This document shows, piece after piece, positions 1 through 10,839 of a DNA stretch of 64,000 bases. The notes beneath the pieces are model-generated. The model saw only the letters and a list, made by a program, of their open reading frames with translations, was not told the DNA's origin and searched no databases. The position numbers and the translations under genes were made by a program. Position 1 is the first letter of the stretch. Every line of letters starts with the position of its first letter. The DNA comes from Candidatus Kapaibacterium sp. (GTDB lineage: Bacteria; Bacteroidota; Ignavibacteria; Kapaibacteriales; UBA2268), in assembly GCA_963664875.1 (NCBI GenBank), contig OY761611.1:320001-384000 (forward strand), written 5' to 3'.

Positions 1-453
1 ATGATAAATACTGCTCACCATATAAGAGATAATGATTCTGCTTCATTTTTATCTGATAAAAACCAATTTCGAGTAATGGTAGCTTATTTTTATAGAGAGA
101 CTGATGTTGAAGCACTTCCTGATAGTTTAGCTGATAAAATACACAGGCAAAAACCAAGTTCTAAGGGAAGAGAATATAGAATTGATTATGTTAAAAACGG
201 ATATATTTATACTGACATTTCAAGAGATTTGCCCGATATCAAATACCCAAAAGACTCTTTATTTGCGTCTCAATTGTTTATTCCCAAAAAGGGATATTCT
301 GCTAAAGAAATCTTTAATTCGAACCTGAGAAGAAATAAATCCTATCTCTATGGAGATAGTAAAAACTCTACTGACACAAACAAAACTATACCAAATAAAC
401 GAGATACAAGTAATATTCCGGAGATAAAAGATGATAATCGATCTAAGAAGTGA
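1..453 (+). CDS. hypothetical protein, probably 5'-truncated by the window edge
   Basis: Open frame from base 1, stop overlaps the next gene; no recognisable motif. Confidence 0.5.
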   Translation: MINTAHHIRDNDSASFLSDKNQFRVMVAYFYRETDVEALPDSLADKIHRQKPSSKGREYRIDYVKNGYIYTDISRDLPDIKYPKDSLFASQLFIPKKGYSAKEIFNSNLRRNKSYLYGDSKNSTDTNKTIPNKRDTSNIPEIKDDNRSKK

Positions 454-1468
454 TACCGTAACTAAACCAAGTGAAGAAATGAAAAAAGCTATGATGATGG
501 CAGAGCTTGGTGACGATGTGTATGGCGAAGATCCTACTGTTAATGAATTACAGGAATATACTGCAGATTTATTAGGAAAGGAAGCTGCTTTATTTGTTCC
601 TTCCGGAACAATGAGCAATCAAATTGGAATAAAAATAAACACAAATGATGGTGATGAAATAATTGCCGAATCAGAATCTCATATTTATTATTATGAAACT
701 GCAGCACCGTCTCTCATCTCTCGTGTTCAGTTTCGTCTGATTGAGTCTGAAAGAGGAGAAATGAACCCTGAGAAAGTAAGAGCTGCAATTAGACCAGATG
801 TATATTATTTTCCAAGGACTTCTATGCTCTGTGTTGAAAATACACACAATAGGCATGGTGGCTCAGTCATTTCTCTTGAAAATATAAAGCAGCTCAAAAT
901 GATTGCCATTGAAAATAATTTGGCTTTCCATCTTGACGGTGCAAGACTGTGGAATGCGTCAGCAGCTACAGGGATTTCGGAAGCTGATTACGTTAAGGAT
1001 TTTGACACTGTTTCTGTGTGTCTCTCTAAAGGATTGGGTGCTCCTGTCGGTTCTGTGCTTGTAGGCACTAAAGAAAAGATTACTAGAGCCTTAAAATGGA
1101 GAAAAATCTTAGGTGGAGGGATGAGACAAGCCGGTATGCTTGCTGCAGCAGGTCTTTATGCTTTGAAAGAAAACCGTAAGCTCCTTGTTCAAGACCATAT
1201 TAATGCTAAAGCTTTTGCAAATATAATTGTGCAATGCGAACATTTAAAAATTGATATGAACAGAGTAAAAACAAACATGGTGATATTTAATTTCCCAAAA
1301 TCACTCAATGCGAGTATATTTACTGAAAACCTTGCTTCGAACGGAGTATTGGTTTCTGCTGTTTCTCCAAATAGTATTAGAGCAGTTATGCACTTCCAAA
1401 TATCTGAAACAGAAGCAATTATAGCTGCAAATATTATAGTTGATACTGCTAATAAACTTTTGAGTTGA
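431..1468 (+). CDS. ltaE: low-specificity L-threonine aldolase (PLP-dependent)
   Basis: DLRSDTVT, GDDVYGEDPT, HLDGAR, CLSKGLGAPVGS (PLP lysine) motifs. Confidence 0.93.
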   Translation: MIIDLRSDTVTKPSEEMKKAMMMAELGDDVYGEDPTVNELQEYTADLLGKEAALFVPSGTMSNQIGIKINTNDGDEIIAESESHIYYYETAAPSLISRVQFRLIESERGEMNPEKVRAAIRPDVYYFPRTSMLCVENTHNRHGGSVISLENIKQLKMIAIENNLAFHLDGARLWNASAATGISEADYVKDFDTVSVCLSKGLGAPVGSVLVGTKEKITRALKWRKILGGGMRQAGMLAAAGLYALKENRKLLVQDHINAKAFANIIVQCEHLKIDMNRVKTNMVIFNFPKSLNASIFTENLASNGVLVSAVSPNSIRAVMHFQISETEAIIAANIIVDTANKLLS

Positions 1469-1471
1469 TTT

Positions 1472-1945
1472 ATGAAGTTAATATTATCATCCTTGATTTT
1501 TGTTATACTTATGACTCACGTTTTGCTGTCGTCTGAGAATAAGGAAACTCAAGCTTTTAAAGAAGCCAACTTGTATCGCTTGTCGGGAAGTTTGATATCA
1601 TCAAATATATATTTGACCTATTTATCTATTGATATGCTGTTTACAAATGCAAATAATTACTCTAATGAAGAAAAACAAGTGATACGCGAATCAATTAAGC
1701 TTGGATTTGAAAAAACGAAAAAAGATTTTTTTGAAGTAAACAGCTATATAGAATTCCCTGAGAAAAAGACATTTGAGAAGCAAATCAGTGAGATTTGTAG
1801 TTTAATTGTTAAAGATTTAGAATTGCTGAAAGATTATCTTGAGTCAAACGAAGACAGTAAAAGACAGCTGTTTTTGGAGAATCATAAACGTCTGTGGAAT
1901 CAATTATCTAAAAATACTGAAAGTAATGAATATGAAAAAGATTGA
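1472..1945 (+). CDS. hypothetical exported helical protein
   Basis: N-terminal hydrophobic signal-like stretch; tightly coupled to neighbours. Confidence 0.65.
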   Translation: MKLILSSLIFVILMTHVLLSSENKETQAFKEANLYRLSGSLISSNIYLTYLSIDMLFTNANNYSNEEKQVIRESIKLGFEKTKKDFFEVNSYIEFPEKKTFEKQISEICSLIVKDLELLKDYLESNEDSKRQLFLENHKRLWNQLSKNTESNEYEKD

Positions 1946-2414
1946 TAAAAGAGAACTGATAAAAGAAGTTCCTCTATATAAGCACATGATGACAGGAAAA
2001 GTCCGTTTCGATGAAGTTGATTCTTTTGGAGTGGTGCATAATATTAAATATTTATACTATTTAGAGTGGGCAAGGACTGAATACCTAAAAGCTATAGGCA
2101 TGCCTGTAAATCATAGAACATTTACATTAGAGTTGCCATTGATGGTAGTTCATTCAGAAATTGATTATATAAATTCCTTGCTTTTTAGCAGCAAATATGA
2201 AGTCCTGAGTCGCATTTCTTCCGTCAAGAAGTCGAGTCTCGTTTTCGAAAATCTGATAAGAAATGAAGATGGTGATTTGATAGTAAAAGCTTCAGCGGTA
2301 ATGGTCTATCTCAATCCGGATGATTATACACCAAGCTTATTACCAAGAGAGCTCAGTGACAAAATTAGAATGTTTGAGGGGGATAATGTGAAATTTATTT
2401 CGGACGGTAAATAA
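1926..2414 (+). CDS. acyl-CoA thioesterase, YbgC/FadM (4HBT) hotdog family
   Basis: VRFDEVDSFGVVHNIKYLYYLEWAR motif; start moved to ATG 1926 (or 1932) rather than TTG 1839. Confidence 0.88.
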   Translation: MNMKKIDKRELIKEVPLYKHMMTGKVRFDEVDSFGVVHNIKYLYYLEWARTEYLKAIGMPVNHRTFTLELPLMVVHSEIDYINSLLFSSKYEVLSRISSVKKSSLVFENLIRNEDGDLIVKASAVMVYLNPDDYTPSLLPRELSDKIRMFEGDNVKFISDGK

Positions 2415-3964
2415 TGGGATTGACAGACTCTTGGACTATCGACAGACTGGTTGCTCAGTGCGTTTTTCCTCGGTTGGATATATATGATTATTATGAAAAA
2501 TCTGAGTATAACAGATATATAAAAAAATTAGTAGAATTTGGTGTTGGTGGATTTTGTGTCTTCGGTGGCAATCTGGAATCAGTTTCTAATGCCTTGTCAG
2601 AACTACAGAGTTATGCACAGATACCACTTCTTTTCTGTGCTGATTTCGAGTATGGACTGGCTATGCGTTTGGAAGAGGGAACTGGTTTCCCGCATGCCAT
2701 GGCGTTAGGAAAAGTAGATGATTTAGAAGCAACCGAAGAAACTGCTAACTGCATCGCAAAAGAAGCAAAAGAGTTAGGCATATATTGGAACTTGGCTCCT
2801 GTCGCAGATATAAATTCCAATCCTGATAATCCAGTAATAAATATTAGAGCCTTTGGAAACAATAAAGAACTTGTAGCACAACATTCAGTAGCTTACTCGC
2901 TGGGAACTCAGAAAGCAAAAGTATTGGCTTGTGCAAAACATTTTCCAGGTCATGGCGATACAGACTCCGATACACATAATGGGAGAGTAGCGATATATTT
3001 AACTCAAGAAGATCTAAATAACAGAGAATTAGAACCATTCAGACAATGTATTGCGAATGGAGTCAAATCTATTATGGTTGCACATATAGATTTGCCCAAT
3101 ATTGATACAGATTATCCTGCATCTTTATCAAAAAAAATTGTTTCAGGCATACTAAGAAATGAATTTAACTATCAGGGAATAATTATCACTGATGCTTTGG
3201 ATATGAAAGCTATATCTGAATCTTTCCCTGATGGGAAAGCAGCTGTACTCGCTTTGGAAGCCGGCAATGATATTGCTCTTATGCCCGATGATGCTATAGC
3301 AGCTATCAGCAGTTTGATAGAAAAAGCAGATAAAGATTCCGCATTCTATGAAAAAATTAAATTGTCTGTAGAGAAAATATACAAAGAAAAGCGTTGGGTG
3401 GGGTTAATACCTCAATTTGCAAAACCTGATTTGAATCAAAAACTTTTTGCAGATCACATGAAAACCGCTTTAAAAACTGCATATAGAGCGATTGAAATCA
3501 AAGGAGATAAAAATCTTCTGCCTATAAATGACGAACTCTCATTTGCTGGTTTTTCAATTTTACAACGAGATATAGATCTCAGAGCAGGCTCAAGGTTTTT
3601 TACAATGGCTGCCCAAGCGTTGGAAAGCGATTGTGATTTTGGTTTTTTAGATATGAATGTAACAGAAGAACAGGCATTAGAACTTCGCAATAGCTTGAAT
3701 AATCCTGATTTTTTACTTTTTGCATTTTTTGTTAAAGGTGGTGGAAGCGTCGGCAAAATTAGATTGCCGGAAAATGTCAAAAAAAGCCTAAAGATAATTG
3801 CCGGAAATAAGCCAATTATTGCTCTTATTTTTGGTAATCCTGATTTAGAGTATGATATTGAAGCCGATTTATATATTAAGACTTATTCTGATTCTTTAGC
3901 ATCTATCGCGGCAGCAATTGCAGAATTAACAGGCAGAGACGTTGAAAAATATACGCAGTTATAA
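2414..3964 (+). CDS. glycoside hydrolase family 3, beta-N-acetylhexosaminidase (NagZ-like)
   Basis: APVADIN, KHFPGHGDTDSDTH (NagZ D-x-H dyad), IITDALDM nucleophile. Confidence 0.88.
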   Translation: MGLTDSWTIDRLVAQCVFPRLDIYDYYEKSEYNRYIKKLVEFGVGGFCVFGGNLESVSNALSELQSYAQIPLLFCADFEYGLAMRLEEGTGFPHAMALGKVDDLEATEETANCIAKEAKELGIYWNLAPVADINSNPDNPVINIRAFGNNKELVAQHSVAYSLGTQKAKVLACAKHFPGHGDTDSDTHNGRVAIYLTQEDLNNRELEPFRQCIANGVKSIMVAHIDLPNIDTDYPASLSKKIVSGILRNEFNYQGIIITDALDMKAISESFPDGKAAVLALEAGNDIALMPDDAIAAISSLIEKADKDSAFYEKIKLSVEKIYKEKRWVGLIPQFAKPDLNQKLFADHMKTALKTAYRAIEIKGDKNLLPINDELSFAGFSILQRDIDLRAGSRFFTMAAQALESDCDFGFLDMNVTEEQALELRNSLNNPDFLLFAFFVKGGGSVGKIRLPENVKKSLKIIAGNKPIIALIFGNPDLEYDIEADLYIKTYSDSLASIAAAIAELTGRDVEKYTQL

Positions 3965-4030
3965 AATTTTGGAAAAAGCTCAACTTATCAGTAATTTTAC
4001 AGTTTCCAATAAATAACAGGTATCTAAATA

Positions 4031-5041
4031 GTGAAGACTATATTGGTAACAGGCGGTGCCGGATTCATCGGATCAAATTTTATCAGATTTATCATAGATA
4101 AAGATTTCAGAATAATAAATTTAGACAAATTGACTTATGCAGGTAACCTGAGCAATCTTTCAGATATCCAAGGGAAAAGCAATTACAAGTTTATTTGTGG
4201 TGATATCTGTAATAAAGATTTGGTCTCATTTGTATTGAATGAATACAAAGTTGATTATATAGTCAATTTTGCAGCCGAATCTCACGTAGATAGATCTATT
4301 TTAGATTCTTCACCTTTTTACCAAACTAATTTATTTGGTACTCTTAATCTTATGGACTGTGCTCGCGAAAATGGTAAAATCGAAAAATATCTTCAGATTT
4401 CTACTGATGAAGTATATGGTTCATTGACTATGGAAGGCAAATTTACAGAGACTACACCTATATCACCAAATTCACCATATTCTGCTTCTAAAGCTGCTGC
4501 TGACCAAGCTGTAATGGCTTACCATCATACTTTTAATTTTCCGGTACTTATTACAAGATGTTCCAATAACTATGGTCCTTACCAATTCCCGGAAAAACTT
4601 ATACCGCTCGTAATCAACAATGCTCTTGTTGATAAAACAATTCCTGTTTATGGAACCGGCGAAAATATAAGAGATTGGATTTTTGTGGAAGATCATTGCA
4701 GAGGTATTTATTCGGTTCTTTTGAACGGAAACATAGGTGAGGTTTATAATATTGGTGGCGAGAGCGAGGTTACAAATATTGATTTGGTCAGATTGATATT
4801 AAAAGGTCTCAACAAACCCGAATCACTTATCACGTTTGTAAAAGACAGACCAGGGCATGATCTGAGATACGCTATTGATATTAACAAAATAAACCGCGAG
4901 TTGAAATGGTCTCCAGTAGTTGAATTTCAAAATGGTTTAGAAAGAACTATAGCTTGGTATCTTGATAACCAAACTTGGTTAGAACAAATAATTAGTGGCG
5001 ATTATAAAGAATATTATAAACAGCAATATAGCAATAGATAA
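4031..5041 (+). CDS. rfbB: dTDP-glucose 4,6-dehydratase
   Basis: TGGAGFIG, LDKLTYAGN, AAESHVDRSI, STDEVYG, YSASK, DRPGHD. Confidence 0.95.
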   Translation: MKTILVTGGAGFIGSNFIRFIIDKDFRIINLDKLTYAGNLSNLSDIQGKSNYKFICGDICNKDLVSFVLNEYKVDYIVNFAAESHVDRSILDSSPFYQTNLFGTLNLMDCARENGKIEKYLQISTDEVYGSLTMEGKFTETTPISPNSPYSASKAAADQAVMAYHHTFNFPVLITRCSNNYGPYQFPEKLIPLVINNALVDKTIPVYGTGENIRDWIFVEDHCRGIYSVLLNGNIGEVYNIGGESEVTNIDLVRLILKGLNKPESLITFVKDRPGHDLRYAIDINKINRELKWSPVVEFQNGLERTIAWYLDNQTWLEQIISGDYKEYYKQQYSNR

Positions 5042-6379
5042 ATGAAAACTTCAAATTATAAAGAAACAATATTTTCCAAGATCAATGACAAAACTCTAAA
5101 AATCGGGGTCATTGGTTTAGGATATGTAGGTTTACCTTTAGCAATTGAATTTGCAAAAAAAGATTATTACACAATTGGATTCGATGTTGACAAATCTAAA
5201 GTTGATACATTAAATTCCGGTGGTAATTACATTCAGGATATAAATGATGCTTGGATTTCTGAAACTATAGCTTCAGGATTTTTGAAAGCAACAACTGATT
5301 TTTCTCAACTTAAAGAATGTGACGCAATATTTATTTGTGTTCCTACTCCTTTTACTGTTAATAAAGATCCGGACATAACTTATGTGCTAAGTGCTGCCAA
5401 ATCAATCAGGGATAACCTGAATGATGGTCAGGTGATAATACTCAAAAGCACTACATTCCCGGGCACTACAGAAAAATATGTTATGCCTATTATCGAAGAA
5501 ACTGGCAAAAAAGCCGGGGAAGATTTTTATTTGGCTTTTTCGCCTGAAAGAATCGATCCTGGAAATAAAAAATGGAATACTGCAAATACTCCTATAGTCG
5601 TTGGAGGTATTAACGAAATTTCTACTGAAGTATGTGCTAAAGTGCACAACGTAGTAGTAGATATGGTTGTACCTGTTTCTACTCCATCAATAGCTGAGAT
5701 GGAAAAACTTTTGGAAAATATTTTCAGAAGTGTCAATATTGCTTTAGTAAACGAATTAGCTAAGCTTTGTGACAGGATTGGAGTAAATGTCTGGGAAGTT
5801 GTAGATGCAGCAGCTACAAAACCTTTTGGCTTTATGCCGTTTTATCCGGGACCGGGAATTGGTGGGCATTGCATCCTTATCGATCCATATTATTTAGAAT
5901 GGATGGCAAGAGAATACGACTTCGTAACAAAATTTATTACTCTTGCTGCAGAAATAAATGAAGATATGCCGTTTTATGTAAGGTCTATGGTTATCAAAGA
6001 GATAGCAAAACTACCTGTGCGAATGACAGATGCAAAAATACTCATTTTAGGTATGGCTTTCAAAAAGGATGTTGATGATTTGCGTCATTCACCGGCTCTC
6101 AGAGTTGCCGAATTGCTTGAAGAAGAAGGTATTAACAATATAGAATATTTTGACCCTTATATTCCTGAAATAGATTTACATGGTAAAATATTGAAATCTA
6201 TTGACAAAATAGACGAAGGTATCCTTAAAAGCCATGATATTATAGTTATTACTACTGATCATTCCTGTTTTGATTTGAACTTGATAGCTGAGTATTCAAA
6301 TATTATTATTGATACAAGAAATGCTATGAAAGACTACAAAGGAAGAGCTAATATAGTACTTCTCGGAGATGGTAAATGA
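5042..6379 (+). CDS. nucleotide-sugar (UDP-GlcNAc/ManNAc-type) 6-dehydrogenase
   Basis: GLGYVGLP, CVPTP, FSPERIDPG, PGPGIGGHC catalytic Cys. Confidence 0.9.
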   Translation: MKTSNYKETIFSKINDKTLKIGVIGLGYVGLPLAIEFAKKDYYTIGFDVDKSKVDTLNSGGNYIQDINDAWISETIASGFLKATTDFSQLKECDAIFICVPTPFTVNKDPDITYVLSAAKSIRDNLNDGQVIILKSTTFPGTTEKYVMPIIEETGKKAGEDFYLAFSPERIDPGNKKWNTANTPIVVGGINEISTEVCAKVHNVVVDMVVPVSTPSIAEMEKLLENIFRSVNIALVNELAKLCDRIGVNVWEVVDAAATKPFGFMPFYPGPGIGGHCILIDPYYLEWMAREYDFVTKFITLAAEINEDMPFYVRSMVIKEIAKLPVRMTDAKILILGMAFKKDVDDLRHSPALRVAELLEEEGINNIEYFDPYIPEIDLHGKILKSIDKIDEGILKSHDIIVITTDHSCFDLNLIAEYSNIIIDTRNAMKDYKGRANIVLLGDGK

Positions 6380-7479
6380 TTAAAGTAATTTCCGTTGTTG
6401 GAGCAAGACCCAACTTTATGAAAGTTGCTCCAATTAGCAGAGCATTCAAAAAATATGAAGATAGAGTTCAACATTATATAGTCCATACCGGTCAGCATTA
6501 TGATGTAAATATGTCAGATGCTTTTTTTGATGATTTGCAAATGCCACAACCCGATTATTTTTTGGGAGTCGGCTCAGGTTCTCATGCAGTACAGACTGCT
6601 AAAGTAATGGTGGAATTTGAGAAAATATGCAACGAATTGCAGCCCGACTTAGTCATTGTAGTTGGAGATGTAAATTCTACAGTTGCCTGCACATTAACTG
6701 CTGTCAAACTTGGAATCAAAGTAGCTCATGTGGAAGGTGGGCTTCGTTCTTTTGATAGAGCTATGCCGGAAGAGATTAACAGAATGGTTACAGACTCTAT
6801 TTGTGATTATTGTTTTACCACAGAAAGTAGTGCTAACCAAAATCTTGAAAAACAAAATTTCCCTTCAGAAAATGTTTATTTTGTTGGAAACACTATGATA
6901 GATTCTCAGTTTTTTGCTTTACCTTTAGCAGACAAAACTGATATAATCAACGAATTAGGTCTCGAAGCTAACAAATATGTGCTTGCTACGCTCCACAGAC
7001 CAAGTAATGTGGATAATGAACAGCAGTTATCTGACTTGATAGATGTTATAGAATATATTAGTTCGCAGGGTATACAGGTTGTCTTGCCTTTGCATCCAAG
7101 GACACTTAAAAATATTGAGACATTTGGCTTAGCTGAAAAGCTACATAATGTTTCAAATTTAAAGATTACTGAACCGAAAGGGTACATAGATTTTTTAGCT
7201 CTTATGAAAAATTGTTTTTTTGTGATGACTGATTCCGGTGGAATTCAAGAGGAAACTACTGCACTTTTGAAACTTTGCATTACTCTAAGGACAACAACAG
7301 AGAGACCAAGTACGATAGAAATCGGTACAAATATTTTAGTTGAACCTCAAAAAGATAAAATTATCGCAGAAGTATCGAAAATCCTTGCCGGTGATTATAA
7401 GAAAGGAAGAATCCCTGAATTTTGGGATGGCAAGGCTGCTGAAAGAATTGCTGACATAATAGTAAATAAATTATTTTAG
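6376..7479 (+). CDS. wecB: non-hydrolysing UDP-N-acetylglucosamine 2-epimerase
   Basis: GARPNFMK, HTGQHYD, HVEGGLRS, MPEEINR, TDSGGIQEE. Confidence 0.92.
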   Translation: MIKVISVVGARPNFMKVAPISRAFKKYEDRVQHYIVHTGQHYDVNMSDAFFDDLQMPQPDYFLGVGSGSHAVQTAKVMVEFEKICNELQPDLVIVVGDVNSTVACTLTAVKLGIKVAHVEGGLRSFDRAMPEEINRMVTDSICDYCFTTESSANQNLEKQNFPSENVYFVGNTMIDSQFFALPLADKTDIINELGLEANKYVLATLHRPSNVDNEQQLSDLIDVIEYISSQGIQVVLPLHPRTLKNIETFGLAEKLHNVSNLKITEPKGYIDFLALMKNCFFVMTDSGGIQEETTALLKLCITLRTTTERPSTIEIGTNILVEPQKDKIIAEVSKILAGDYKKGRIPEFWDGKAAERIADIIVNKLF

Positions 7480-7489
7480 AATAGGATAC

Positions 7490-9214
7490 ATGAAAGCTAT
7501 ATTTGGATTATTGTTTATTTTAATGCTTAACTACATTGCATATTCTCAGCAAAAAGCAGTTGCAGGATTTGATCCTACTGAAATGCTGGAAATGCAAAAA
7601 CAAAACTCTGCTGCTGCTTCTACAATAATGAATGAGAACAGCAAATTTCCTGTTACTACAAGCATTAATGCAGAAAAGTATTTTGTAGGACCAAACGATG
7701 TTTTAAGTATTACAGTAAGCCCAATTTTACCAACAGAAAATATGTTTGTAATTTCGGCGGATATGACTGTAATTATTCCTGAAATTGGAGAACTTGACTT
7801 ACGAGATAAGACCCTTGCAGAAGTTAAAGAATATCTTTCAGAAACTATCAAACAAAAAGTTCCGAATGCAGAAGTTTGGGTAAGTTTGAAACAAACAAGT
7901 GTATGTATGGTGCATGTACGAGGTGATGTTGAAAATCAGGGGATATTCAGTGTTCCTGCTACATATAGAGTCTCCGATGTTATTGCTATGGCAAACAAAA
8001 CAAATCTTCAAGAATCCTCAATGCAGGCACTTTATAAAAAAGAAATGTTCAAAATCAGAGACAGATACATAAAAGACAATGATTTCAATGATAATTTTGT
8101 TGAAAAGGTTTATTCCGAGAGAAATATTAGCCTGATTAGAGAAAACGGCAAAAGCCAGATTGTTGACATCATAAAAGCTCAAGCAACAGGAAACGTTGAC
8201 TATAACCCTTATGTAAGAGCAGGTGATGTTATAAATGTTCCTTTTCTTAAAGAATCGTTCCCGTCTGTTTCGATTAATGGGGAATTTCTTCGTTCAGTCC
8301 AAATAGTCTATAAATCAGGAGATAGAGTATCAGATGTCTTGCAATATGTAGGTGGTCTGACTGACGAAGCAGATGTTAATGAAGTTTATTTGTTGCTTCC
8401 CGGAAATAAAAACAAGATATATCTGAATATAGACGAAGAATTGAATCTTTCAGGTACAAATCCAGAACTACTTCCCGGTGCTGTAATCTATGCAGCAAAA
8501 AAAGAGTTTGCTGATTCTGAATATGGTTCTGTAATTATCAAAGGTGAAGTTAGATCTCCCGGAGTTTTTCTGATTGAAAAGGGCAAAACAAGAATTAAAG
8601 ATGTTATCGGTCAAGCAGGTGGGTTTACCGAAAAAGCTTACCTTCCACTTGCATATATAATGAGAAAAAACGGCACTGCCACAAACGGGTACGATGTCGA
8701 ATTAGAAAAAATGAAACTGTTTCAATATAGCGATTTATTACTATTAGATACAGTAAGGTTTACCAATGATATTTTGCTTAGAAAGCCTATTGTTTCTTGC
8801 AATCTTCAAAAACTATTCGACAATAATGACGAAACACAAAATGTAACTTTGAAAGATGGAGATGAGATATTAATCCCTCAAAGTCCAGGTCAGATATATA
8901 TGTTTGGGCAGATAAATTCACCCGGCTTTATCCCTTTTGAAGAGAACAAAACTTTAGCATGGTATATCGAAAGAGCAGGTGGATATGCACAAGGTGCAGA
9001 CGAAGAGAGAGCAAGAGTAATCAGAGGCAAAAATAACGTATGGGTTCAGGGCGAAGATGATGAGATTTATATTCTTGATGGCGACAAAATTTATGTACCT
9101 CGCGAACCTGACTTTCCGCCTGGAACTGAGTTCCAAAAATATGGTTTAATAGCCGGTATTATCGGCTCTTTAGGCGGTCTCTTATCATTTATTATTACAG
9201 TATTTAGAAACTAA
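7490..9214 (+). CDS. polysaccharide export protein with multiple SLBB domains (Wza/KpsD-like)
   Basis: Signal peptide, YFVGPNDVL Poly_export motif, repeated V..GEV..PG / AGG SLBB units, C-terminal amphipathic helix. Confidence 0.82.
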   Translation: MKAIFGLLFILMLNYIAYSQQKAVAGFDPTEMLEMQKQNSAAASTIMNENSKFPVTTSINAEKYFVGPNDVLSITVSPILPTENMFVISADMTVIIPEIGELDLRDKTLAEVKEYLSETIKQKVPNAEVWVSLKQTSVCMVHVRGDVENQGIFSVPATYRVSDVIAMANKTNLQESSMQALYKKEMFKIRDRYIKDNDFNDNFVEKVYSERNISLIRENGKSQIVDIIKAQATGNVDYNPYVRAGDVINVPFLKESFPSVSINGEFLRSVQIVYKSGDRVSDVLQYVGGLTDEADVNEVYLLLPGNKNKIYLNIDEELNLSGTNPELLPGAVIYAAKKEFADSEYGSVIIKGEVRSPGVFLIEKGKTRIKDVIGQAGGFTEKAYLPLAYIMRKNGTATNGYDVELEKMKLFQYSDLLLLDTVRFTNDILLRKPIVSCNLQKLFDNNDETQNVTLKDGDEILIPQSPGQIYMFGQINSPGFIPFEENKTLAWYIERAGGYAQGADEERARVIRGKNNVWVQGEDDEIYILDGDKIYVPREPDFPPGTEFQKYGLIAGIIGSLGGLLSFIITVFRN

Positions 9215-9216
9215 AA

Positions 9217-10839
9217 ATGAAGTTAAAAATTGTCATATTATTGATTTTGATAAGTACATCAATAAAAGCACAAGTTGAGCATATACCGGCATACCATCCC
9301 GTATATGCTTTTCTACTTAGAGCCGAAACCAAAGGATTTCTGCCAAATACATCCTTGTCTGAGTTGCCTTGGAGCAAAGGAGATATTCAAAAAGCACTTA
9401 GAATGATTAAAAATCATAAGCTTTCTGAAACTGAAAATGAGGTGTTGAATCAATATTTACAAGAGTTTGATTTGGAGAATAATCTTTATTCTGCAAACTT
9501 ATTTACTAGTGAAACTGATACTACTGCTCTTTTGTTCGATCAGGTTTTTTCTGAGAGAGAAAAATATATTTACAAATATGCTGATAGTAGTAATAAAGTA
9601 TATTTTAAACCATTAGTCTCAATCGAATACTGGCAAGGCGCTACTCCTAAGAAAGAAAATGTTGTTTTGGGCAATCTTGGTTTTAATTTGTCAGGTTCTC
9701 TGGGGAGTCATGTGGGATATTCTCTGCAGGTTACTAACGGAGTTGTGTTTTCCGGAGAGAAAGAACTTGCAATGCATGATTCCAAGCTAAGTAAAAATGT
9801 TAAATTTGCAGATTTGAACAGCGATTTTGATTTTACGCAGTCTCATGTAGCATTTGAATATAATTGGTTTAGAGCTTCAATTGGGCGAGAAACAAGACTA
9901 TCAGGTTCAGGTATATATCAAAGGTTATTTATTTCAGATAATTCTCCGGATTTTGATGCTATTACACTTGGAGCAAAATTTTCAAATTTTGAATATAGAT
10001 TTTTGCACGGTTCTCTCTTAGGATTAGGTAAAAATTCTGTAGATGCAGGTTTTAATGCCGAAATACCTCAAAAGTACGTAGCTCAGCATAAATTTTCCTT
10101 TAAACCTTCTTGGGGGGAAATATCATTCTGGGAAAATATAACATATTCGGACAGACCGACAGATCTTGCTTATTTTAATCCGCTCAGTTTTTATAAGTCA
10201 TTAGAGCATGCACTTAGAGACCGAGACAACTCAATAATGGGTTTAGATTTCACTCTTCGTCCTTTTGATGGTCTTCAGCTAAAAGCGTCTTACTTGCTCG
10301 ATGACATAATTATTAGTAAAATTGGTACAGGATATTGGTCTAATAAGAGTGCATGGAATATTGCTGCTATATCTTCGGCATTGCCGGATATTGATTTGGG
10401 TATAGAATATTCAAGAGTTGAGCCTTACACATATACTCATTTTAATAAAGAAAATTCTTACACCAATGACGGTCTAATGTACGGCTCAATTTTATTGCCA
10501 AATTCTGACTCGTGGAGTGCTCTTCTTAGATTATGGTGGACAAAAAGATATCCACTTGATTTGAAGATAAGTTATAATAGGCACGGAGCGAATGTATATG
10601 ATGAAAATGGTGAGCTGCTTAAAAATGTAGGTGGTGATCCTTTACAAACAAGAAGACCGGAAGATTCAGAAACAGTAGAATTTTTAGATGGAGACAAGAC
10701 TGAGTATTTGTCTTTTAGCCTTTCCGCCGGATATGAAATAACAAGAGCTCTTAATGTAAATATAGAATATTCTTATATGCCTAAAGGCTACGATTATGAG
10801 CATCTAATCAAACTAATTTTGAGGTTGTACGAATTTTAA
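9217..10839 (+). CDS. outer-membrane beta-barrel, capsule assembly Wzi-like
   Basis: Signal peptide, barrel-like alternation, YFNPLSF and RVEPYTYTH motifs, terminal aromatic F. Confidence 0.68.
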   Translation: MKLKIVILLILISTSIKAQVEHIPAYHPVYAFLLRAETKGFLPNTSLSELPWSKGDIQKALRMIKNHKLSETENEVLNQYLQEFDLENNLYSANLFTSETDTTALLFDQVFSEREKYIYKYADSSNKVYFKPLVSIEYWQGATPKKENVVLGNLGFNLSGSLGSHVGYSLQVTNGVVFSGEKELAMHDSKLSKNVKFADLNSDFDFTQSHVAFEYNWFRASIGRETRLSGSGIYQRLFISDNSPDFDAITLGAKFSNFEYRFLHGSLLGLGKNSVDAGFNAEIPQKYVAQHKFSFKPSWGEISFWENITYSDRPTDLAYFNPLSFYKSLEHALRDRDNSIMGLDFTLRPFDGLQLKASYLLDDIIISKIGTGYWSNKSAWNIAAISSALPDIDLGIEYSRVEPYTYTHFNKENSYTNDGLMYGSILLPNSDSWSALLRLWWTKRYPLDLKISYNRHGANVYDENGELLKNVGGDPLQTRRPEDSETVEFLDGDKTEYLSFSLSAGYEITRALNVNIEYSYMPKGYDYEHLIKLILRLYEF

